The notes under the pieces are model-generated. The model made no database searches and was not told the origin of the DNA. It saw only the letters and a list, made by a program, of their open reading frames with translations. A program made the position numbers and the translations under genes. Shown here in pieces: positions 12,603 through 23,022 of a DNA stretch of 64,000 nucleotides. This DNA is from Phoronis australis (lineage: Eukaryota; Animalia; Phoronida): the NCBI GenBank assembly GCA_002633005.1, contig NMRA01000156.1, positions 248,001 to 312,000 on the forward strand, in the 5' to 3' direction. Numbering within the stretch: position 1 is the first letter of the stretch; the number at the start of each line of letters is the position of its first letter.

Positions 12603-12921
12603 CTGAAAATAGATGCACAGAAATCAGACTAGAAACAAATGGCATAAAACAACAAGATTTCTGATCCACTCAAACTGGTCATGTTCCAGAACAAAAACCG
12701 AACAAACTAAGTGTATGAATTGTGATCCTGTAACATTGTACGGTAAATGTACCAGAGTACAGAAATAAAATACAAGCAATGTCAGTATTGCCTAACTGAG
12801 AAAGTAATGACAACAAACACTTCAAGACCTAAACATCCAACCGACGAGTAAACACAAGTTTGGTATAGGGCAAAGGAAAAAGGTCAAGAATGGGGGACAA
12901 GGGTTAAGGGTCAAGTCTTAC

Positions 12922-13003
12922 TTTGAACCGTGTATAGAATTCCTGCTGCCTGGTCATGTCTGTTGCTAAAATAAGTGACTTCACCTGCCAAATCACTTCG
13001 TCC
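12922..13003 (-). CDS. PDE7: PDE7 coding exon (82 nt, W-DEVIWQVKSLILATDMTRQQEFYTRFK)
   Basis: tttctag acceptor and gtaaga donor, phase 2/0. Contains the LILATD motif. Confidence 0.96.
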
Positions 13004-13791
13004 CTAGAAACAAAACAAATTAAATAAAAACTACACACCCGGGTTTCATTCCAGTAACATAAATATGATGCTCATGCGAAATTGAAAGGAATACGATCTA
13101 TAGACAAAAATGAAAAACTACGGGACCTCGGCCTGCTTTGAGGTTCCCCAGGTTAAATACCAATTGAAACCAATTCAACTTAACATGAAAAACATGCTTC
13201 TGACATTACTACGGAGAATCTAACTTGTAATCACAGCATGACTGCATGAAATTTCCAAGCCAAAACACACCTCCCCAGCACATGGCACAAAATGGCCATG
13301 TTGCAATCTTAGGGGTATGGGTGATTATACAAACTGGACACACTATTAACACTAATTTGAATATAATTAGGTGGCCCATCAAAAGAGAGAAAAAAAGAAA
13401 AAAAACATCTTGATTTGTTACAAGCAACTCTTAACTTAGCACCATCAGTTTAATCTGTATGGACTTAAAGTCGCACATCAACTGCTGAACAAATACATGT
13501 GAATTGCTCAAGAATACCGAGCATTCAGAGTAGAATGTTCTGGCTACTTGGGTCAGCCTATTATTATGAAAAACAATTATAATATTTACGTCAGACTGAC
13601 CAATGTTAGAATAAATTTCCCAGAATCGGACAATTCCACAACACAATATTACTTTGGAATGAACTTCCCAAACTATCACCAAATTCATGTTGTGACAAAA
13701 CCATTACTTTCACACAAGAGATTCGTTTTTTGCCTAAACACTAGAGCGAGTTACTGATTGTAGGCGTTCAACTTCTGGAGGAACAAAGTAG

Positions 13792-13952
13792 ACAATGACA
13801 TCTACAATGACACGTACAATGACACATACAATGACATCTACAATGACATCTACAATGACACGTACAATGACACATACAATGACATCTACAATGACATCTA
13901 CAATGACACGTACAGTGACACCTACAATGACACCTACAATGACATCTACAAT
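13792..13952. repeat. 12-bp tandem repeat (ACAATGACAYST), about 13 copies
   Basis: Directly visible. It explains the (HCRC)n pseudo-ORF. Confidence 0.95.
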
Positions 13953-14409
13953 CTGAATATTTTAAACAATGAGCATGGTACTCACTCATGTTGTGTTTTT
14001 ATTTTCCAGGATTCTTTTGAGGTACAATTTTCATTTTATGCGAGTTATTGTTCCAACAAAAAGAATTTTAAAAAAATTAATTTATTTATTTCACTAAAAA
14101 GTTGACAAATGATACATATTTATTTCAAAAGCGTAAAATAAGGCAAAACGATGGTATATGTATATGTAAACCTAGACTTAAGTTGCAGGATGAACAAAAA
14201 TTCATTGCCACGGTTCATCTGACTTTTAGTAACTTTTTCCACAATATAACTGTTGCCTAGTTAACTGAATGTATGAACTCACAGTATTTCACAAAATGAG
14301 ATGAGGGTGTTTCCATCTGAACATTTTCCCAAAATGCTCACAGTTTTTCCCATTTCACCAATTTTAAAAGTAGATTAAACGATTTTTATGATTTCTCAGG
14401 TTGTCCGTA

Positions 14410-14592
14410 ATGAGTGGGGACTCAGGGCAACTCACTCACCACACTTGCCTAGTCGGGTGTTAGTATGGAACCCTGGGAAAATCCACTTACCCAGGATAAT
14501 GAGAGCCACTTACCACTCTTGCCTAGTCAGATGTGAGTGGGGAACCCTGGGTAACGCAAGCGACTTACCACTCTTGCCTAGTCAGGTGTGAG
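14410..14592. repeat. Degenerate tandem copies of the exon 3' end plus splice donor
   Basis: ACTTACCACTCTTGCCTAGTCAG at 14563 and 14508, with a diverged copy at about 14434. Confidence 0.85.
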
Positions 14593-14660
14593 AGGAGCTC
14601 TGACTCATGCAGGATGCCAAACACTGATCGGAAGTGGTGGTTCTCTAATACTGACCCATT
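14569..14660 (-). CDS. PDE7: PDE7 coding exon (92 nt, NGSVLENHHFRSVFGILHESELLSHLTRQE-W)
   Basis: tttgttgtag acceptor and gtaagt donor, phase 0/2. Contains the SVLENHH motif. Confidence 0.96.
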
Positions 14661-15321
14661 CTACAACAAAGTGTAACATAAACATGGCCATTAGATAATG
14701 CAGAACATATCCGAGGTGATGTCACCTCCCTAATAGTAATCAATTAGTCAAATTTCATGAAAATCTGTCAAGTAAGTCCAAAAATACCTTAGCAAACGTA
14801 AAAAATTAAATTGCCATTAGGAGGAACATGGATAATCGGATCCAGCCGTCTCCTGTTAAGTCAACGATATACTTCCAAAGTTCACAGAGATCCAACAGGA
14901 GATACATCCTCAGACACGAAAGACACTAGGGAGACCAGGGTAACCATACCCGTCTGAAAATCAATGCCAGTCATGCTCTTGGCAGTAGGAAAGCATCTGC
15001 CAATTTTCACCATGATCCTATGGGCACTTTGAAGGATACAGAGGCACTAAAAATAATAAAATTGGCCACTAGGCGGTACAGAATACATTAGATCTATCCC
15101 AAACTGAAAGGCGAATGCTTGCCTCAACATAAGATGCCATAATAACATTACAGAATATCACAAAATGTGTGTGTGTGTGTCTTACCCAGAAAGCTTCATA
15201 ACAATCCACTAAAAACATTTCAGTGGGACGCGCAGTTTTAAAAAGACTTGGCAGTGAAAGTGTTAAATGCTGATAAGAACCAGTCCATAAATAGCAATGA
15301 TGTAACATGACCATGACCTAC

Positions 15322-15453
15322 ATCATACAGTGCAGCAAGGTGATTGGATGTCTTGATGAGGAATGTCTGATTGACGCCCGGGTGGTCGAGGTCGTGAGCG
15401 ATCGATGCCAGTAACGAAGCGAGAATCTCCAGTGGACGGATGTGTGACGAGAT
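15322..15453 (-). CDS. PDE7: PDE7 coding exon (132 nt, [44 protein letters not shown])
   Basis: ttactccag acceptor and gtaggt donor. Contains the class I PDE signature [10 protein letters not shown]. Confidence 0.97.
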
Positions 15454-16398
15454 CTGGAGTAAATAAGCGAGACGTAAATCAAAAGTGGGTCATGCTTACC
15501 AAAACTGGCCCCTGACATTGCGATTTTTCCTTGCAGTGTGTGCGATGCAGTTTCAGCAGTAAATGAGTTTTGTGCATAGCAGCGCAGACTTGCAAGAAAT
15601 TGCAGGGAAAAACGTAGCTTGATATTTCAAGTAACATAATTGCCAGCATTCTTTCTGTGTCTATTCAAAAAAAGTGCTACTTGAAAATCTCAAACCATGT
15701 TAAAATGCTCCAAGTAGTGTTCAAAATCTAAAGCCATGTTTAAAAAGCCTGAGTTTTTTCCGCTTTACTGGCCAAATGGTTCTAGTCATACATGGTTCTG
15801 CTGTAAAAATGATGGCCATTTGTGCTAGGCTTAGATATTTAAGCCGAACCCTGAAAATAATTACCGTGATGTGGACCTAAATTAGCGTAAATAATAATGG
15901 CTACCAACAGCCATCATGTTATATCTATGTATCATATAGGCACGAAACTGTGCTCATTGCCAGAACAAACAGTGATAACAAAGTGATTCCCACCACTGAA
16001 TACACCATAAAGAAGTTTGATACAGGCAAGGAAGACAACCAAGTGGTTGGTTAGAAATTAGCACATGAAATAAAAAGAGATTTTGCGAGAGCGGAAATTG
16101 AGTATCGGCATACAATAATCGTAAATTCTTATTTGGTGTATCATATGTTGGATGGAAAAATCATTAAATAAAATTTCACTCATCATTCCTATCTTGGAGA
16201 GTTGTTACCATAGTTTCTACACGTCATTCTTAACTACTAATACATGGAGTGGGAGAGGTACAGTAAGCCAAAACCATTCAGACAGAATGTCCCCGAACTC
16301 CCGTCACGACAGCTGGCTGCAAAAGCCAGATTAATCATTAGAGTAGACTTCTCTCTTGACTGAGAATAAAGGAAAATGAACAGTGAAGATAGTAAGCN

Positions 16399-16544
16399 TG
16401 TTGAGAAGTGTAAAAACTCAGCTCGCATTCGTTGGAAATTCCAGGTCGCATTTTGCGACTTTATACGAGCTGACAAAAATCTCAGCTCGCATTTTCAAAT
16501 TTCAGGTCGCAAATGCGACCTGCAGCTCGTTATGTCGAGCCCTG
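16399..16544. mobile_element. Right end of a hAT-like MITE truncated at the N
   Basis: Internal repeats CTCAGCTCGCATT and CAGGTCGCA, terminus TTATGTCGAGCCCTG. A similar GCGACC-rich element lies at about 56907-57520. Confidence 0.4.
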
Positions 16545-17633
16545 GTAAGCCATCAGCAATTTAGAATTTTGCTGTCATAATGATTATAGTTATTACCAAT
16601 CATTTTTGCTGTTAACATAATTAGCCATCGTAACGAGGAAATGACATTTTGTCTGATTACTTACGTCTGGTACTGTATGATGGTGGAGTCACATAACTTG
16701 CAGTAGCATTAAAAACACAAATTACCATAACTAGGTTCAGTGGGATTGAACGCCATTTTCAATTCTTAGCTTTATACTGTAAAAACCTTTGAAAAGGTAT
16801 AAATTCTCGCAGACAGTGATTTTTTTTCTTAAATTTCCAATCAATATTTTGATGCAATCAAGTAAAACCCAAATACAAGCAGGCTTCCATCACGTTTTAG
16901 TCGTTTAAAAAAATGCTTGAAGCAAAATGTTTTCGACTGATTCTCTTAGGATCCACATTAATAATTCTTTTTATATTTCCATGAGGGGGCGTTAGTAGCT
17001 GTACTTCATTCATGGTTACGCTTATTTAGTTGCTAACGTTCCCTTATTCTCATGCTTAGTGCCTTTGCTGCGTCTCAGTGCGCTGGATAGCCTTTGTTAC
17101 GTGGGCCATGTAGGCGAGACTGTATGTGTCGGGCACTTCGCTAGCGACAGGCTTCAGAGAAGGGTGTGTTTTCCTTCCTTGACCTATGTGGAATTGAGCG
17201 TATGTCATGTGGAACTGAACTGCACAATGTATGCGTTGAGGTGAAATACGCATTTTTGGCGTTCACTGGAGATTTGCTTTGTTAAATTTCCATTACAGAC
17301 TTCAAAATAATTTCCCAGAATATAATTCGATCTTCAATGAAATTTGACAATTCTTTTGAAACCTACTATCCGGGGAGATTACAACAAACTCTGCACTTGG
17401 CAATGTCGTAACTTACCAGGGTTACAATTCTGATCTCGTGAAGGTAATTTAGATTCCAACTTTTGAAATCAGAAGCAAAAAACGTCAAAAGTTTTTCACA
17501 CGTCACTCAAAACAAACCAGACACAGAATGATCCAAGCATTGTTTTGTACTTCTTGTTTCAAAGACAGCAAGCAAAATAGGCTGGACCAGGGGTACATGG
17601 GCCATTATCTCAAGCCAAATTCAAACTACTTAC

Positions 17634-17731
17634 CAACTTTTCCTTGAGATAGCAATGCATAGCTTGAGTAACGTCAGCAGCGTGAACTGCATTGTGATAT
17701 GGGTTACTATGGTAACCATCTTCTATCAATG
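17634..17731 (-). CDS. PDE7: PDE7 coding exon (98 nt, [33 protein letters not shown])
   Basis: ttgtttcag acceptor and gtaagt donor. Contains the YHNxxHAADV metal-binding/catalytic motif. Confidence 0.97.
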
Positions 17732-18224
17732 CTGAAACAAAGAAACTGCACACTTTAGACTCTCGATGCAGCAAAAGTGGAGAAAGCGAAACTCAAAAGG
17801 GAGTATGCTGACGTACGTCTGCAAAGGTTTCATAAATTGACGATTACCGTCAGTGGTAACCAACTTCGATCCTTACTGGGACAAAGGAAACTGTGGTTCA
17901 TAGGTTCAAGCAACTATAATAACTTTTCAACAATGCAACCTGAAACGGATCAACCGGAGGTTCATGGTATAAAAAGTTGCAGAACACCACAATTATGTTA
18001 CATTACATACTAACGTTGATGGGACGTTTTTTAATGTTCTAAATCTAACAAAACTTTCTCTTTCAGTGCAGTGAGTCATGCACACCCTTGTTAAAAAAGC
18101 ATGAAACTGAAAAACTGAACGCTAAGTTAGCTGCTAAATTTAGCAAGCCTTTGCTAGGATTGCTTTCGATTCTACTGTTGCCGCTAGTTAGTTCTAATGC
18201 CACTACTGACACATATTAGTTGTC

Positions 18225-18518
18225 GATACTAGTCAGCTGCTCAAGTTTCTAATGCAGCAACAAGTTAGCCGATCGTGTTGGTTAGCTAGGTGCTGACACT
18301 AGTCAACTTCAAATTAGCTACTGTTGCTCCTACTGCCACTGAATTGCTGATGCTAAGACTAGTCAACCTCAAGTTAGCTAGTATTGCTGCTGCCAATGAA
18401 TAACTGCCGACGCCAACACTAGACAACCTCAAGTTCACTACTACTGCTGTTGCCACTAATCAACTGCTGATGCTAGTTTGCTATTGATGCTAAAGCTAGT
18501 TAGACGCTGATTTTACTA

Positions 18519-18572
<54 letters not shown>
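18225..18572. repeat. Degenerate ~60-bp tandem repeat grading into a (TAC)n(CTG)n microsatellite
   Basis: ACTAGWCAACYTCAA recurs at about 18298, 18358 and 18418. (CTG)n spans about 18529-18566. Confidence 0.75.
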
Positions 18573-18575
<3 letters not shown>

Positions 18576-18753
18576 ATTAGTAAGCTGCTGCTAGTAAAAG
18601 GCTTCTGAAGCACTACAGCTCAATAGCCACCACTGTTGCTACATAAAGACAATACTACGTTTGGTGTTGCTATAAGTTAGTCAGATACTAACTTCTAGTG
18701 GAGCAGCTACTAGTAATGAAACGACAATTATTGATGAAGGACCAGCTACTTAC

Positions 18754-18849
18754 TTATGCACTTCATCAGCTTAACAATGTCTAGCTGGAAACTGTGCAGC
18801 AGGTCGTACTCTTGAAACAAGCGCAAACTCATGTGGAACAAGGCCCGGC
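18754..18849 (-). CDS. PDE7: PDE7 coding exon (96 nt, G-RALFHMSLRLFQEYDLLHSFQLDIVKLMKCI-T)
   Basis: ttcattgcag acceptor and gtaagt donor, phase 1/1. Fits the PDE LF...L...F.LD...L helix pattern. Confidence 0.93.
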
Positions 18850-19159
18850 CTGCAATGAAGATGACACCATACAAAGGTACATCCGAAGCAGTTGGGGTTA
18901 CTAGGCAACACTCTCACAGGCATAAGTTGCTCGTCACTATGTTTAACGCACACAATCGTTCAGAACTTTTTATTCCCTCGTGGTTCAGGCAAAAGTTGGT
19001 AATAAAATCGGCACTGGATTAAAGTAGCAGTGAATCGAGAGAAAAAAATGACTGAGAATATTTTCCACTGAAAGCTCCCCCCACATCATCATTGACGAGT
19101 TCTTGACATGTTTTGCAAACCATAATAACAGTACTTAACAATCCCAATACACAAGTTAA

Positions 19160-19918
19160 AGGCGAAAGCAACCTTTTTTCATGCCACTTTTAGCAAAAAT
19201 AAGGTTCGTTGATTATCCCACACACATTTTTCACTTAATTACAGCTTTTCGTAATTTCATTAATTTCTCGTCCTCTTCTACGGAAGTGACGTTTTGGGAG
19301 GCAAGAGTTTCGCGCCAATTTCTTTTCATTATAGTCTGACTGTTAGAGCTGTCAACATGCTACGCCGTTGCTGCGTGTCGGGATGTACTCATTATCGTCT
19401 CACACGCGCTTTGGGTACCTTGCGTCGCTTTCCGAAGGATGACACACTTCGTCATACTTGGCTAGCTCGTTCATGTGAAGAACACAGCGCTACCCGTCCA
19501 TGCAACGTACAAAGCAGTGGTTGATTCCCGGCAGTGCCCCGTCGGTAACCCCGAGAAGTGCGTTTTTGAAGCGAGAAGCCTAGCAAGTGGGACAGTTCTT
19601 CCTCTGTACTTGAGACGATAATGAGTACACCCCAGTACGCAGCAACAGCGTGGCATGTTGACTGACTCATAAGCAAAAGCAAACGACGACCGAACTTATC
19701 ACAACAGAGGTAGAACAATGACTGACTCGACTGCTCTCACAGTCAGACTATATGAAAAGAAATTGGCGCGAAATTCTTGCCTCCCAAAATGTCACTTCCG
19801 GAGTAGACGAGTAATTAATTAAATTACGAAAAGCAGTAAATAAGTGAAAAATATCTCTGGGATAATCAACGAACCTTATTTTTGCTAAAAATGACATGAA
19901 AAAAGGTTGCCTTCGCCA
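19160..19918. mobile_element. TTAA-flanked foldback element (Kolobok-like) with THAP-domain relics in both arms
   Basis: TTAA at 19156-19159 and 19919-19922. Arms of about 240 bp (19160-19402 vs 19611-19918, with an indel). Plus strand from 19357 reads MLRRCCVSGC...LRRFPKDDTLRHTW; minus strand from 19656 reads MPRCCCVLGC. Confidence 0.85.
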
Positions 19919-19987
19919 TTAAGGAGTCTTAATTACGAGGGCCCAGAGGAACAAAACCAAGTCCTAGTCCGACACAACACTACTTAC

Positions 19988-20051
19988 CATTGGTCAACTT
20001 GTCCAGGTTGAACACGTTAAAACTCCAATCACCGACGGTTGACAGCAAGCG
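19988..20051 (-). CDS. PDE7: PDE7 coding exon (64 nt, RLLSTVGDWSFNVFNLDKLTN-G)
   Basis: tttttcag acceptor and gtaagt donor. Contains the WxFxxF motif at the start of the PDE catalytic domain. Confidence 0.95.
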
Positions 20052-20089
20052 CTGAAAAATACGAAAACAACAAACATGAATTGCTACAC

Positions 20090-20207
20090 CAGGGGTGGAT
20101 CCAGGGGTAGATCCAGGGGTTGTTTTTACATCGCTGTAATGGAATATTCTCAAGCCCCCCTGTTTGACCTTTGTTGGGAGCCCGCACAATGTCTTGGATC
20201 TGCCCGC
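20090..20207. mobile_element. Short Harbinger-like MITE
   Basis: CAGGGGTGGATCCAGG...CTTGGATCTGCCCG imperfect TIRs. The left TIR is tandemly duplicated. Confidence 0.5.
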
Positions 20208-22703
20208 GGCTGTAGCCGGTTCAGACACTGATGTGTAACTTTATTTCTAGCATTTCAGAATTAAGCAGTCATGCCTAGTTAGCAACTGTTTAGCATTATC
20301 CAACATGCATAACACCAAGTGGAAGATGATAAGACACAAGGGACCAATCAGCAGCAATGCTTCAGTCATAACTGATGCTTTTTCAAGCTTCTGCAACACA
20401 TGCTGGAAACGCCGTTCTCTAGCACAGAAACTTCCGTGTGTACAAATCCAGTAACAGCTAAGTTCTCTGATGCCGGAGATTTCCATGAATACAAGTTCAG
20501 CCAAATAACATCGTGGGCGTATGCAAGAGTATCCCGAAAGTATACGTATTAAAGAAAAAATTCCATGATTAAACCACAGCATTTCCCTACACCAAACACT
20601 TCACCATTTCAATCCCAAACAAGAAAAGCAAGTGGTTCCAGCCATTTACTTGGATTTGAGTTTTGGTCTCCCACACGAAAATGCCATCAGCCAGATACAT
20701 GGGTCGCGCTTACATTCAGAGATCTCTAGTTAGGTCGGCTGATTTTTTAGCAGCTGTGCTTCAGTTGAACTTCTATAGCTACCTGTACCCAGGCCTAATT
20801 TCTCGAATAAACATTTGACCAGTTGCATGTCAGTCACCTCAAGTTAACTTACACATTTGCACTATCGACAGTATCACTGAAACAAAGTCCAAGCCAGTAA
20901 CAGGATTGCAAAGGGTTATACTGGTTAAATTACAAACAAAGTGAAACAAAAAAGTGCCGAGAGAGACTGACAAGTGACGCGCCACAGTGAAATGTGGTTA
21001 CACTGCTTTCAAAATCGAGGAACCATTTGTTGACTGGATTTCTTCAACACTAAAGGAAGAAAGCTTCAAAGTGCCAACCAGAACACCATTTTGCATTCAG
21101 TCCTGGAACCAGGTCATTTCAACCAACAAATCTTTTCGCACATGCATGATGAGCCATCATCTCAAGTTACAGATCCTGGTCTTTAACAATAATGAATAGC
21201 CAGGTCTTCCAAATCTTAGATATTACAAACTTGAAAAAGGAACAAGCCAAGGGATCTAAATCGACAACTGACTAGGGTAATTCTTCAACTCTTTTGCACA
21301 AAAAATAACTGCAAAAATTGAAGTTTTTCTATTTTTCAAAGGCTGTAAATAGCCAAATCTTTCCCCACTGTTGTTTCATGACATATATACACCAAGCTAA
21401 TAACACACTAAAAAGTTCTTAATCTTTGTGCAGAAATTTGACACAATAGAATTTCACTTGTCGGCCATGCTGTGTGCAAATTACAGACAGACCATCGCAG
21501 ATGTCAGGATTGTAACAGCTTAAAAACATTCCAGCTACGCAACGCACTCAAAGCCACTGTCTTCACGATTCTCACTTTCCTGGTCATTTGAAGAATAGAC
21601 ATCATCTTGGCAAATAGGCAATTCAAAATTGACACGAATCACTTATCCAGAACTAAACTTCATTAGCTATTTGTGGGCATTAAACGAAAACATTTCAAGG
21701 CTTATGACGCATGGTCTTTAGGAGAATGACGAGAATCATTCCACGGAATGTCTATTGCGTCTACAACAAGTACGTATCGATCGTGCACTTGAATATGAAA
21801 CGATGCACAACTTAAATTTCCGTCACCGAAATTCAATTACAATATAAAAACTGGCAAACAAAATTTGCTACGCTTGTTTGACTAATGATAACATCTAATG
21901 GCATTAATCGGGTTTAGCATGAAGGCAATGACCGGCAATATTGGCCACAATGAATGCGCATGTTTTATTAATTGAAGACATCAATTCTTAACACAAGTAT
22001 TAGCATGGTACAGCGGAGTTAAGCTGCGTGTATAATTACGCTCACACGTGCTCTATCAGGAGACAGTTATTTCTTCAGCGCTGCCTATAGCTGGACGGGT
22101 TTGTCAACCAAAACGCTTTTGAAGAAGTCCTTCACCTGAATGTTTGAAGAAATTTACACTGTTCCACAATCATCAGTATTACGCAACAGACCTGATTACA
22201 AAATAATTGGCCTGTGTTCTATGGTACTCGCATGACCTTTGCAAAACTATGTGCAGTCCCAACTTGACGAAAACTACTGTTAAAAATTGCTGCATAAAAT
22301 TCATGACAGACTCATAAGAAGATCATAAGAAAACAAAATAAATATTTGTGAAACGTTACAAAGGTGATTTATTTCACCCCGTTTATCTACACATGTACCC
22401 AGTCGATCTCCAAGTCTGATGCACGCTATTATCAACGACGAGGACTTTTCCCTCATTTTTTCCGGATACTTCTGATCAGCCTTGCAAGCACCTCAAACAG
22501 ATTGTGAAAACACTATGCTTTCACATGCAACCATGATGTTTGAGAGACAAAGCTGACGAACAAACATCGTGTCTACATCTTCCAATGCACTGACTGAGTG
22601 GAATTCATTGATTAGATATTTTGAGGCATCCAGTTGGTTGTAAACAATAAATGGAAATATAACAAATTCTACACTTATTGTACTAAATGATGTTGCGACT
22701 TGC

Positions 22704-23022
22704 GCCCATATCTCATGGGTTTCAGCAGGCTAGTGACCAGCTGGAACCTGTTAAGTCATGTGGCTGATCACATGACAGTTGGCGTGGAAGATATTGAATC
22801 ACGCTATTCCAGATAGATGACAACATAAACTGCAAGCCTCCGTGTCTGTTCAGAGAGATTAGGGCAGCTCTCTATGAAGCGACACAGAGGTCTCCGGTTC
22901 ATGTTGTCACCTATTTGGAAAAGTTTGACTCAAGATCTCCTGTGCCGACTGTCAGTTATCAGTCAAATGACATGCCAGGTTCCAGCTAGTCACCAACCTG
23001 CTGAATCCCATGAGATATGGGC
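22704..23022. repeat. ~320-bp imperfect palindrome (old foldback/MITE)
   Basis: GCCCATATCTCATGGG...CCCATGAGATATGGGC, alignable along the whole arms to a ~10-nt loop at about 22858-22867. Confidence 0.85.

Noticed and set aside
13768-13989. Cys/His-rich metallothionein-like ORF (HCRC)n
   Set aside because: Translation of a 12-bp tandem repeat in an intron.
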